A stretch of DNA of 64,000 bases from Vicugna vicugna (lineage: Eukaryota), in NCBI GenBank assembly GCA_013265495.1, contig MU063893.1, positions 310,001 through 374,000 on the forward strand, written 5' to 3'. Below the pieces are notes generated by a model. The model was not told where the DNA came from and made no database searches. It saw only the letters and a program-made list of their open reading frames with translations. Positions within the stretch are counted from its first letter, which is position 1. The number at the start of each line of letters is the position of its first letter. A program made the position numbers and the translations under genes. Below, in pieces: positions 13,410 through 26,130 of this stretch.

Positions 13410-15682
13410 AGTGCAGGTGTAACAAACTGCGAGACGAGCTCCTCCTGCCCTCGTCCCTTTTCCTGACTCCAGCACCAGAGGAGTTAGACCCTGGGCACAG
13501 AAGGAAACAGTGTCCCAGAGCCAAAACACCACCCTCACTCATTCCAGAGTGCTCAAGTAGGAGGAGGAGTCACAAACAGATCAGGATCCAACCCCACTCA
13601 GGAACCACAGGATTATTCCCTGGTGACACGGGGTGTCTTAAACTAGAGTGGACTAAATTACAGTCACTGAAAACGGCTGGGATCTTCCTCAGATAACCTT
13701 AAAGAGTGACTTGACCAAGCATGGTTGAGCTAACGGTAATAAAATATTTATAATTTCATGTTTATAGCTCACTGTGTTAGACTCAATAAACCAATCTTAG
13801 AAGTATAGAAATAAACTAAGCTTTAAAAAAAGCCTTTAAATTACTGTATTCTAAAATGTTACCCCAAGAGAATTTTATGCTGATGTGTCATCAACCAAAT
13901 TGCTCCCAATAAAAATATTTTTAATTGTACATTTTAAATGAAAGCAAAAAAGTTCCTTTTCAATTAATAAATAAAAAGTAGTATTTTAAGATACTTATTT
14001 TATTTTTTTCTCATTCTTTAAAATTTGTACTTTGGGGTATATTTTAATGTAAAATTTAAGACAGGAGTAGATGTAAATTTATTCATTTATTTATAACTTA
14101 TGTAAATTTATTGATGAGTAAATTCTCAAACTTTTCTTTTTAACTAAAAGAGATACCTAGATAAATTCTGTTAGAAGAAAGAGGTAGGGAAAGGGGTCCA
14201 GAAAAGGAAAGATGAGGAAGGTAGGAGAGGACTATGAAGAGAAGGAAGAGGATGGGAACTCACAGGAGAAGAGCTGGCCATTTACACGTGGAAAAGAGAG
14301 GAGAAGAGAGTTACAGAGAGGAAGAGAATGAGGGGCAGCTGGCATGAGGACTTGGTCACCATTGTTCACCTCCCATGGGTTCTGATCCCAGAAGCAGTTT
14401 AGGGTCCAGGGCACACACTTCAAAATGGCTTCTCAGTCATCTTTTCAACAATCTGTAAAAGGTAATGGAACAGCTGGAAGTCCTGGGACGGACTACACTG
14501 AGGGGCATATAGTCAAATTTTTATAACTCTGGAGTAACAATATTATTATCAACTGAATGAGTAGTAGGGGGTGGGAGGGGGGAGAAAATTAGGTAAACTC
14601 TAAATAAGAACAGAAAGCTATGCACTGGTCTCTGATGTCATCTGTTAGACTTTTCATATTCAAATATGAAAACATCCTTTCAACTCAAAGTTAAAGGAGA
14701 AATATAATTTTTGAAAAGAGTGAGAATTTCATTTACCTAGAGTCAGTTTGTCAAAAAACAGTACACACTTAAAAGATATGCTTCACCTGCTAGAGAGTGG
14801 AATTGTATTGGGAATAAAAAACATCTCTGTTACAAGAGCCAGTAAAGGTCTAATGAAAATGTACATTTATGCAAAGCACTTTCTGTACTACGGAGAAACC
14901 ACCTCAAAGTGGCTTAGAGTTCACTCACAGAAAAATAAACCCTGAAAGTCAGCCAGTATTTATTAAGGGCTTAAAATATGCTCAGTGCTGTAGTAGGAAT
15001 GATGGTGAATGTAAGATATAGTCCTTATTTTCAAAGAACTTACCCATTTGCAAGTAAACTGAAGGTAGAAATTTCAATATAGGCTTGATGCAGTTATGAT
15101 TAAGCACTTACGTTATTATTCACAGAGAGAATGCTACCCACTTAGTAGAACTGAATTTTTGATACTACATTGAAGAATGAGAGAAGGCAGCAGAAGTGTG
15201 CATCGGGCGGGGCGGGGAAGGGAATTACTTTTGAGGTGAAACGCTGTCTAAGAGTTCAAGTAGAGCAAAACGAAAAAAGAAACAGAAGGGAAGAGGGCAG
15301 AAAGTTTAGACCAGAAGAAAAGAGAAAAGAGATAAAGTGAGGACAACCAGAGTAATGGAGACCCCAGTGCCGGAATGCTTGCCCGGTCCCTTTTTATTTT
15401 CCATTAAATAATAATGTATCGAACAAGCATCTCATAAGCACCATGCATAGTGATGAGCAATGAAGAAACAGAGTTAAAGAACATACAATCCCTATCCTAG
15501 AAGAACTTGGAATTCATGGGAAACTGGTTACATTGCAGTGGGAGTGATTCACCAGAAAAAGGTGTTCATGGGAGCTCAGGAAGAAGTTAATTTACTGCAT
15601 GTTCCAAGATATAAAACACTATGTTTTGTTTTGTTTTGTTTTGTTTTAACCAGTTTTTCTTTGTGTGTGTGTGCTACTGCTA

Positions 15683-16472
15683 TTTTTTTATTAAAGTATA
15701 GTTAATTTATAGTGTGTTATTTTCTGCAGCAAAGTGATTCAATTTATATATATATATATATATATATATTCTTCTTCATATCCTTTTCCATTATAGTTTA
15801 TTACAAGCTATTGAATATAGTTCACTATGCTATACAGTAGGACCTTTTTGTTTATCTGTTCTGTACATTGTAGTTTGTATCTGCTAATCCCAAATTCCTA
15901 ATTGATCCCTCATCTCCTCTCCCCTGGGGTAACCATAAGTTTGTTTTCTGTGTCTGAGTCTGTTTCTACTTTGTAAATAANNNNNNNNNNNNNNNNNNNN
16001 NNNNNNNNNNNNNNNNNNNNNNNNNNNNNNNNNNNNNNNNNNNNNNNNNNNNNNNNNNNNNNNNNNNNNNNNNNNNNNNNNNNNNNNNNNNNNNNNNNNN
16101 NNNNNNNNNNNNNNNNNNNNNNNNNNNNNNNNNNNNNNNNNNNNNNNNNNNNNNNNNNNNNNNNNNNNNNNNNNNNNNNNNNNNNNNNNNNNNNNNNNNN
16201 NNNNNNNNNNNNNNNNNNNNNNNNNNNNNNNNNNNNNNNNNNNNNNNNNNNNNNNNNNNNNNNNNNNNNNNNNNNNNCAAATAGTTCTGCTATGAAAATT
16301 GGAGTGCATGTATCTTTTCGAGTTACAGTTNNNNNNNNNNNNNNNNNNNNNNNNNNNNNNNNNNNNNNNNNNNNNNNNNNNNNNNNNNNNNNNNNNNNNN
16401 NNNNNNNNNNNNNNNNNNNNNNNNNNNNNNNNNNNNNNNNNNNNNNNNNNNNNNNNNNNNNNNNNNNNNNNN
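15683..16472 (-). mobile_element. L1 3' end, artiodactyl type, partly masked by N
   Basis: tttttttattaaagtatagttaatt...ctatgctatacagtaggacc...ggtaaccataagtttgttttctg...gtgcatgtatctttt is the antisense L1 3'UTR. Contains an internal (TA)n run. Confidence 0.9.
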
Positions 16473-16679
16473 AAGATGTTCTATTTTCAAGGATGAAAAT
16501 AGAAGAAAAAATATACTGAAATTAATGTATGACATCAATTATTCTTTGTTCAAGACATACTTCCCCACTGATCTAGTGCAGATGTATCAGCTGTGGTTCA
16601 TCTGTTCCCACCTAGAGGCATGGTTTCACTAACCAGGGATCTTAGCCCTGATTTCACATTACAGTCACCTAATACTAAT

Positions 16680-16800
16680 ACCTGGTATCTCATGCCTGAA
16701 CAATTAAATCAAAACCACTTGGATGGAACCTGGGCAAAAGCATTAATTTAAAAACTTCTCCAAGTGATTCTAATTTGCTTCTGGAATTGAGAACTACCAG
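16680..16800 (+). mobile_element. MER5-type hAT-Charlie DNA transposon remnant
   Basis: ...aaaacttctccaagtgattctaatttgc...ttgagaactac resembles the MER5 right half and terminal repeat. Confidence 0.6.
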
Positions 16801-19639
16801 CCTATATGTATAGACTGAGACAGACTCCTGCCATAGCAGAAGTTTATCAAAGATTTCTGACTTGGTTCTGAATGATGTAAAAGAAACAGCCTGTTCTTTT
16901 AATGACACTAATGTATTTTTATTGCACTTCTCATTTGTCTACTGCACTGTTTGGCTGAGTCCATATGACATTTGATCACTGAAATCGATTTTATTTGCAG
17001 AATATTCTTATTTTGAAAGTTTGGCTATTCACTGCTGGGCCATACATATTAGCCACAACATAGCTAAACAGATAATTCTTTCTCAGGTGTATCTAGTGAA
17101 AGAAAGTAGATACTGACAATATAATATTTTCATGAGAATATAATTTTCAAATAATTTGTCAGTATAAGTAAATTGCAATCTCTAAGAAATGAGTAAATAT
17201 ATCTATCTATCAATGTATACTTTAAAGAGAATTAGGAACACATTAAGAGCCTTTATATATAAAATACATTTATATATTGCTATTTAGCAGAACACTTCTA
17301 CTTCATCTTTTTCTAATGCAGATTTTAACTCTTAGTCTCCTATAGATATTTGTAGACAATGAAGACTAACCCAAATCTTAATATTCTGTGACCTCTGTAA
17401 GCCCATAGAAGGCTGTTGGGGCCCTTTGTGTTATGGTCCTCAGTTGGCCTTGGCAGTTTAAGTGCAAAACAATTTTCAACTGTCTGTCTGCAAGAAAAAT
17501 GTTAGAAAATGTTAGGAGACTAGTGAGCGTGGTCAGAATGCTTTCTTCTTTCTTTGTTCGGTCTCCCACAGGAAATACTGGATTTCTACCTCATTTTCCT
17601 TTGCAGTTAGGAAAAAAGCAGCTGAAAAGTCCATTAAGACAGAGTTGCCCCTGCCTTCACAGAGTATAGGCAGAGTATGCCGTCCATAGGAGTCTGTAGC
17701 ACAGGCAGCAAGGTATTCAGTCCCTCTTCTCTCTGTGACATCTATTCTGTTATCCTACTTCTCCTTTCTGATCAATGGAACAACGACATGTAATAAAATA
17801 ATTGATAACAGTTTATTAAAAGTAACCAAAACTAACCTCAACTTTCTACTTACCTTAAAAGGAATTAAGCTCCTTTCCCTTCAGAAACTTTTAAAGATAA
17901 TTTGAAAAAATCATTTTCTGAGTATTTTAGAGTTTTCTAGATATTGAAAAACTTGTAGAGTAGGACTTACAGCTAACACAATGCCACAGAAGTTATGCTT
18001 TGTTTAAATAAAACATATGTTATATTACATATATGTGGAATTTCTGTGTCAAGAATTATATTAAAATACATACAAATATTGAATCAGTATGTTATATACT
18101 TGAAACTAATATAATGTTATATTTCAAGTAGGTCTTCAAAAAAGAAAATTATATTAAAGTATAGAAATCTGTATATAAATATAGAGAAGTATTGTGATGA
18201 GCTTTTAAATTATAAATAATAGAGAAATGGAAGCAATAGTGTTTAACTTATGCAGACTGCCTGGTCAAAATGCTTTCTTAATCCAGATATCCAAGCTGAT
18301 GCAGAAACAACATGTATTAAGGGTGGGAGCATTCAAATACCTACATATTGATTAGGACTCAATTTTGCTAAATAGAAACAATATGAAAGGCAATGTCTTG
18401 TTCTACTGTCAATTCCATATCCCAAAATTGAGGAAGTAGTAAATGAAATGGCTACTGTGCATTTACTTCTCATTGAAAAAGCAAATTGATAGGCAAAATA
18501 AAAGCCAAAAGAAATTGTCAGAGACAGTAGCCATGCCATTTTATTGTACATAATAATAATTAACATTTTGCAAAAAGAAATTCAGAAGTGAAGAGGAGAT
18601 GTAAGTAAAATTTTATGTTCAGGTGCTCTAAAAGAAAAAAATAGCTCAAGATAAATGAAAGACTCCAAAAAAATAAAATGGGAACAACAATTACAATTAA
18701 GACAGTCATGATGAAGAAGAAAGAGAAGCTCCTGTAGACACAAAAATAAATTTAAAAAAGAGATTTCACCTGAGTTGATATCACAGTTCTGTAAACCAGC
18801 CTCCCTGTGGCCAGCTACAGAGGTCCTTATTATGATGAGTTCAAGTATTAAGGGGATACATATACAAATTGGGATGTGAAGCATATAGACAAAAATAAAT
18901 ACAAAAGAATGACATGTTGGAATGGTAGGAATAACATTTGGAGGAAAAATACCTAAAGAGCTAAGATACATTATTAAAAAAAAGAGAGAGAGAGACTGAA
19001 ATACGTGGCAAAAATAACCACAAACCTTTATTTGGAGAAAGAGTTCTAAGAAAACTCTGGGTCCTCTGCCTTTTAGAGTATAGTGTAACTTTAACAGAGT
19101 CCCGCAGGGAAATGGAACTCAGAAAACACTGCTCTGCTTCCACTTTTCTCTGGTGGAGAATATACTGTAAACTAGAAAGGGCAAAATAATAATTGAAGCC
19201 AAAAAAGGAAAAGTTACCATAGAAGAGTCTTGGTGGTTTGAATTACAGGCTCCTAAATATTTGTCTTCTGTAAAATGATAATAATAATAATAATTAAAAC
19301 AAGTTAGTTGAATTTTTAATAACACTCTAATTTAAAAGAGTGTCCTTTATTCTGGTATTATTTTCATCATTTGCCTTTGCATGTTTCACATATTTTTGTT
19401 TTTGTTTTAATGAGATGGTAGTGATGGTAGGTGTAAGTTAGTTGTAATGTCTTTATATAATAAAATAAAAAGCAGTGTCTATGTGATTATTATGTCATAT
19501 AATGTAAGTTAGATGCAATGTTCTTTATAGAATGAAACAAAAAGTTAGCAATATTATAGGTTAGTTCCTGTTTTTAAGTTTTATTGGGCCTCAAAATCCA
19601 AAAACCTGGGAGTAGCTAGATTTTTTTTTTCAATGTTTA

Positions 19640-19905
19640 AAATCCCTTTGAGTAAAGAATAAATGCATGTGATAGAAATCAAAGGGGTAGATATAGCCAT
19701 ATAGCATTTTTCCTGCTCTTGTCCTCTACCCTCTTGTCCTCTCAGTTTCCTCCCAGAGAGCCAATGAATATAATTAATTCTGTACATAATTCTTCACAAA
19801 TTCCGGAATTTGCATAAAAATTGCCTGTGCTTTTTACACAAATGGCAGCATACACAACTAATCTATGCCTTGCTTTTTTCACATAAACTATAAATATCCT
19901 AGGAC
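19640..19905 (-). mobile_element. Old L1 (L1ME/MC-like) 3' fragment
   Basis: ttttacacaaatggcagcatac...tgccttgcttttttcacataaac resembles old L1M 3' ends. Confidence 0.5.
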
Positions 19906-19969
19906 ACGGGAACTACTATTTTAATTATATTTTGAGTAGGAAATAAATATAGATATTAAAACGATTTAT

Positions 19970-21590
19970 GGATGTGCTTGTGGAATCAGTGTCAGAAGCT
20001 CTTAAAAATGCTGTAGGATGAAAGAAGAGTCATAACACAGGAAGGATGAAATGTTGACTTAATGTTTCACAAAGCAGAAAAAGAATAATTTAAAAACCTA
20101 CATACTGGTGAACTTGACATCAGTCATGAGCAAACTTTTTATTTAGACTGATGGCTTAGGCACAGATTGAAAATTAGGGTCTCAGGATGACTGGAAACAA
20201 TCATGAATTCATAGCACTGTATAAGTAAAAACTTCATCAAGGTTTCTGAACTGATACAACAGAAGAATGTCATGTGTCTTGCACATTTTGATTATAACTA
20301 GCCATTTGACAGTATTTTTCAGAATCTGTGTTTGGGCAAGACTATAGCGGGTAAGGAGGATAAAGTGTAGCTCAAAACTGATTGAGCAATTTTATCCAGA
20401 GAAGAGGAATTAATTACTTCTTGAAAGGACCATAAAGGCTAACTTACCCAAAGTAGAGTGTTGCAAGGTTTTGCCTATTAGCAGTTTATCAATGCATTGA
20501 TGACAAAGTGGGTGTGATAAGCAAATTTATGAATAATGCAAATATGGGAGGAAAAATGAATATCATATTAGAGTAAGAATTTAGAAAAATTTTGACCTTA
20601 TGAACCAATAAACAAATTAAACCCGAGTTAAATTTTGAAGGAGTTCAAAATATCAACTATCCAAGTACAGGGAAGTTGATCTGGTTAATAATTTTTATGA
20701 AGAAAATCTGGACCTTTTTTAAGTTAACTGCAAATATATCCTTCTCAGCACAAATTAAGCCTGTCCATCTTGAAGATTGGAGCTTTATTGACATCTATAA
20801 ATCTTCCTTTCTTTTATTTCCTCCCTTATGTTATTTCTGTTCTCTAGTTCTGTAATTTCTATTAGATGTTCCTTGGCCCGTTCTCACTCACTGTGTCCAC
20901 GCTATACACTTAGAGTTCCTCTAGAACTACACTGCGATTTCCTTTCTTTCAAAATATGATCAGAAATATTTCCATCTTTTAAGAGTTTTGTAAAATGCTG
21001 AAATAAATTATAGCTTTCTAGCTCTGTTGTGGATTCACACACACACACACACACGCACGCACTTATGTCACGTTATGGGAGTTTGAGAAGTAAGAAGGGT
21101 AAACGCTGTGTTCACTTCTCTATTGTGATCCAATATCCATTAGCATAAACCAGTAACACCAAATGTATTCAATGATCATATAGGCATTAATGAAAATATT
21201 GTGCTCAAGGAAAGAGCAGTAATATTTTCACTCACTTGCCTATTTGAATGTTATACCCAGTTCTATATAGTAATATAGAAACAAAGTTATATGAGGAATG
21301 CTTGAAGGAAATAGATCTCTTTTGCTTAGAAAGAGGCAGCAATAATCATCTTCAATTATTTGAGGAGATATTATGTAGAAATTAAACATAATTTAAATAT
21401 CTGCAGAAAACAGATGTAGAATCCGTTTTCTTTTTTTGAAGGGCAAGGTGGTGGACTTCATTTTAGAATAAAGAATAGCTTCTTAATAATTAGGTCTGTA
21501 AGAAAGTACAATGAGCTATTTTCAAAGTTGAAAGTTTTCCAGCATTAGAAATGTTTAAACAAAGACTGAGGAATGACTTACAGTGAGTAT
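19970..21590 (+). mobile_element. CR1/L3 LINE remnant (RT region and 3' end), interrupted at about 20720-21120
   Basis: Peptide traces YILVNLTSVMSKL (20099-20137, compare YRPVSLTSVPGKI) and SKFMNNANMGG (20520-20552, compare SKFADDTKLGG). L3-like 3' portion at about 21250-21590. Confidence 0.75.
21036..21062. repeat. (CA)n microsatellite ending in CGCA units
   Basis: cacacacacacacacacacgcacgcac read directly. Confidence 0.95.
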
Positions 21591-21679
21591 TTTTAAAATA
21601 AAACATTTATTTAGCTAATAGTACCTCCTAACTTTCTGATCCCAAATTGCCTGTTTCTTTGGGTTCCATATATTCTATC

Positions 21680-22890
21680 CAGCTCTAGATTAACGTTTGT
21701 TTCTCTTACCTGGAGTCATCTGATTCCTAATCATCTGACCTTCCTTGCACTCTGATTTCCACGTGCCTCCAAATCCTTTACTGCTTATTCAATTTTGACC
21801 AGGTGCCCTGCTCACCTCCAGACCCTGAAAGTATCCCACTTCAGATTTTCCACTTGATTTCAAAAGCCTCATCCCCAAACCATCTACCAGGTTTTAAGCA
21901 TTGTTTTCAGTAGGCCTTACTCGAATGCTTATCCTCTGCCCAGTGTTTTCTCTCATGTCCTGGTTCCCACAAATATGACATCATCCCACTTCATTATTAT
22001 AAGAGCCTTCTCACTGGGCAGTGCCACCAATTTATCTTCCTCCTGTTTGGGACCTCTTCATTTCCCATAAACTAACATGCATCCTTCCAGCACATTAATA
22101 TTTCAAAATGCTACTTTAATGATTGCTTATCTTCCCAAAACTACTGTTTCAAAACCAATGTTTCCCAGTAGCTATGGGATAAAGCATACATTATTCAACT
22201 TGGGCTGCCATAACAAAATACCATACACTGGGTGGCTTAAATGATATAATTTTTTTCCTCACAATTCTGGAGGCTAGGAAGTCCAAGATCAAGGTGCTGG
22301 CCCAGTCAGGAGGCTGCTAACAGCAGCTTTCTCACAGTGTCCTCATGTGGAAGAGAGAAAGAGAGTTCTTTGTTATCTCTTCCTATAAGAGCACTAAGTA
22401 CCATCATGAGGGTCTCACTCTCATGACCAAACCTAACCCTCATTACCTCCCAAAGACTGCATCACAAATACCATCCCTTTGGTGGCTGGGGTTTCAGTGC
22501 ATACATTTGAGGGACACACAAGCAGTCTGTCCATAAACAAAGTGTGTCTTTATGGTTTGGTTCCAAACCATACATTTAGTTTTATTTCTCTGTACTCCTT
22601 TACATACTTCTTCTTCTTCAACTAAATCTGTTCATTCACTCTTTCTTCATGACACCTTCTGCTTTCATGTATTTCATACAAAATATACCCCTTTTCGATT
22701 CTTCAAACCCTACTCATCCCTAGCATGTTATATTTCTTCTATTATTCTCATAAACTCTTTCAATTCCATATTTTATTTAACTTGCACATGACTACTCGGG
22801 GCAGGGACAAATCATTCTTCCACAACTACGTGGAGTTCTTCCTGAATGCCTAGACCATGTCTTAGAGCTCTTTGTGCTGAGCACTTCTGT
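21680..22890 (+). mobile_element. L2 LINE remnant split by an MLT1 insertion
   Basis: Pyrimidine-rich L2-like sequence on both sides of 22186-22535, ending in an L2-tail-like segment (ggggcagggacaaatc...cctagaccatg). Confidence 0.55.
22186..22535 (-). mobile_element. MLT1 (ERVL-MaLR) solo LTR
   Basis: gggctgccataacaaaataccatacactgggtggcttaa...ttctggaggctaggaagtccaagatcaaggtg...catgaccaaacctaaccctcattacctccc is typical antisense MLT1. Confidence 0.9.
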
Positions 22891-23439
22891 CTCAAAAAAA
22901 AAAATAATTTTTGGCTTGATTCACCTTTAGTCATTAATTCAACACCATTTAATGACCACCTACTTTGTACCAGTAAGCTAAATATAATTCTCTATCATGT
23001 GATCTGGTTCTCGAGATTTTTTACCCCTCTGAAAATGTCCATGTCAATATTTAGAGGAAAAAGAGCATTTCTCTTTTCACCTTTTTCTTTGTAACTTTAC
23101 ACAGTTAGACTGTCTCACTCACCTGCCTCACCACTGACTCTCAGAGATGTTGCTTGTGCCATAACCCTAGGGTCACCATTTTTTCCTTCAAGTTTCACTG
23201 TGAGACAGAGATGTAAGGTGAATACAATGTTCTTTTAACTTCCTCAAATTTCAAAACATCTTAGGAAAATAATTGGAAATTTTGGGCAAAATAAATTAAT
23301 TCTTTGTCTTCTCCATCCCCTTAATTAATCTTAAATTTAGCCCAGCATCTGGCAATAGTAAGCACTGAAAAAAATAGATTGGATGGTGAGTGAAGTAATT
23401 CTCAGGACAGTTGCTGAAATCTGCCAGCACAGTGACCGG

Positions 23440-23600
23440 AAACATTAGAATAAGGACCGAATCTCAGAGATCATCTTGATCAACTTGTTCACATTCTAGG
23501 TGATGGAGCAGAAGTTCACAGAAGCTAAAATGTTTGCTCCTAAGTCACACAGAGAGTAGCCAATGTAGATTGGGACTTAGATTCACTCTACCCTCTCCCT
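23440..23600 (-). mobile_element. MIR/MIR3 remnant
   Basis: agagatcatcttgatcaac...cctaagtcacacagagag...gggacttagattc. Confidence 0.55.
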
Positions 23601-24671
23601 GTACTTGTACTATATCCCATAGTTGAACCCTACTTCAATGAGTTTAGGTGGATAGCTTAAAGATACACTGAAGGAGTTTGGGGGAAATATAACAGAAAAA
23701 GGATGGTTATAAAAAGACTCAGGAAGAAAAACATGTAAAAGGAAAGAGAGTAGATTTACTTTTTAAAAAAGCAATTGCTGATTGCTGTCTTTCTTTTATG
23801 AGTTTGGTAAAATTCTGCATTAGAAACAAAGGACAAACTAAGAGTTTTGTGTTCCTTACGAACTTCAGAGTCTTTCTTTTTTCTTTTCTTTCTTCTTTTT
23901 TAATCCACTACTTGCATCTGTATTTTTGGTGTTAATCTCTAAAGAGAACAAAGAGTGGTTAAAATCTGTGAACTCTATGTTTAACTATTTGAAAACTGCT
24001 GCTTTGTTTACATGATTCTAAAAAGGGCAGAATGGTTTGACTGTTTTGTTACTGATTGATCTGATATTTGGACATTACGCAGACTAAGCCTTGGAGGAAT
24101 GGAAATGCAGCTGCTTAGGGAAATGGCTGCATGACTCTTTTTTTACCCTGGCTTCTCTGCTAAAGTTCAATAAAGTTCAATCTTTCAAAAGCACGTAAAT
24201 CCACTTACAGTTAAAACAAAACCAAAGGATTTATTTTTTTTATGTGAGAGTAAAATCCTTATTTATTTCTTAAATGCTTCTTCTACCTTCTGCCTTGGAG
24301 GAGTTTCTGGTATCTGTGTTCATTTTAAACCTGTCTCATCTGTCCTCCTTCTTTGAATCTCTGCCTTGTTTTGTCCAAGCTGGAGGATAACAGCGTCTAT
24401 TACTTTATATATCTTGTTTCCAGAAACAATGGCCTGTGGCGCTTCCATTATTTATTCTCTCTCCTTCTGTCAGTGACATAACGGTCTGCTGCTTGCCAAG
24501 AACTTTGCTTTTCCAGGCCAGTGACTCCATTCCCTCTAGCATTTTCTCAGATTTAATTTCTTGGGAAAGAAAAAAGAAAGAAATTATGGCTGATAGTTCT
24601 TCCAAATGGAACTCAGCTTTGAATGAACTAGGCTGTACTTTAACATATGCTTATGGCCAGTATTTGAATTG

Positions 24672-24878
24672 TTGGTGAAGGTGTAGTGGTGGTTGTGATG
24701 GAAGTAGGTAATGGTGGGGATAGTGGTGGTGGTAGTTGTATGTAATGATGGGGACGGTGGTGGTAGTGACATTTGTAGTAGTGATGGTTGTGATGGTGGT
24801 AGGTAATGGTGGGGATAGTGGTGGTGGTAGTTGTAGGTAATGGTGGTGGTAGGTGATGATGATGGTGATGATTGTGGT
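24672..24878. repeat. (TGG/TGA)n-derived G-rich repeat with an internal ~57 bp duplication
   Basis: ggttgtgatgg(aa/tg)gtaggtaatggtggggatagtggtggtggtagttgta(t/g)gtaatg occurs at 24691 and 24786 (period 95). Confidence 0.9.
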
Positions 24879-25339
24879 ATCTATTTCTTGGTCTTTTTTT
24901 CTAAAGAGCCAAGTAGTTCTTGGGACTATTTGATCCCATTATGGAATAATAGAGAAAAAATATGTAACAAAAGTTTAATAGTCTAATGTGACAGCAAATA
25001 ATTTATAATCAGTATACTATTTGTCTGATTCTCAAGAATGGAAAATAGTTAAATTACCTTTCTTGAGAATAAAACATTTTGTTACATGGTCATTCTAATG
25101 TCTCAGCTACAGTCTCTCTTTTTTGTTGTTGTTAATTTTCTTTATAGGAGATACTATGATAAGCATAAGAAATAAAATTGGAAAGTGTCTTCTGTTTATG
25201 TCACTTGAATAAATCAGTCTATTTATCAGAATGTACTTAATAAGCTTCTCCCCAACACTCAATACTGATTCTGTCACTGAGAAGATTATCCTGATCCTTG
25301 TTTTCAGGTCAGTGTATTTTAAGTCAAAAGATACCGTAT

Positions 25340-26130
25340 TCACTTATTCCATAAATATATATTGAATAATTTTTATGTCCTAGACACTGTGCTAAGAGGA
25401 GATATAGTGCTTATTCCCAAGCTCTAACTGAGAACATGGAGTTGCAAACACTATTGCATAACAAGAATTTTGTTAGAGTGGAAATGCATAAAGTGTACTG
25501 GAAATCAGAGGGAAAAAATATCTAAATTTCACTGGTGTGGTCAAGGAAGGCTTTATTTGAAGAGGGAACATTTTAGCCAGTACTTGGAGGGAAGATTTAA
25601 GCAATGAGACATTCAAATAGAAGGAACAGAATGCATGAAAACACACTGGCTTGAGTGTGTCTGCCTTATTACAATCACTGCATCTAACTTAGTGTTGCCA
25701 TTGTGCACTATACACTATGTAAGAGTATATAGCGTGGGAGGATACAGTACTGTCTTGAGACAAGTCTTGGTGATCAGGCAGAAGCCATTGCATGAAAGGT
25801 CTTGTAGGCCATTCTATGTTGGGGTTTTATTCTCTGTTGAGTAATTTTCAACAGCAGAGTGGCACTATTAAGTTAGAAAGATCATTGAGAGGTCAGAGTA
25901 GAGGATATATTTGAGTAAGACTGAAAGCAGAAGACCAGTTGGGTGGCCTTTTGAGGGTGAGATCTGGTGAGACTCTGAACTCATGTAGTAATGGTAATAA
26001 TGCAAAAGTGGTGACTAATGTGCAGAATAGAATGGAGATAGTATCTTAAGAACTTTAAAAAATTTAAACGTGGAAAGATTTAAGGATGATTTCCAAGTTT
26101 CTGGCTTGTTCCCAGGACTGAACAATGCAA
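25340..26130 (-). mobile_element. L2 LINE remnant
   Basis: Reversed L2 tail (tagacactgtgctaagaggagatatag) followed by ggtcaaggaaggcttt...gcagaagaccagtt...ggatgatttccaagtttctggctt. Confidence 0.7.

Noticed and set aside
15884-16538. ORFs spanning the N blocks in the L1
   Set aside because: Artefacts of translating N as X.
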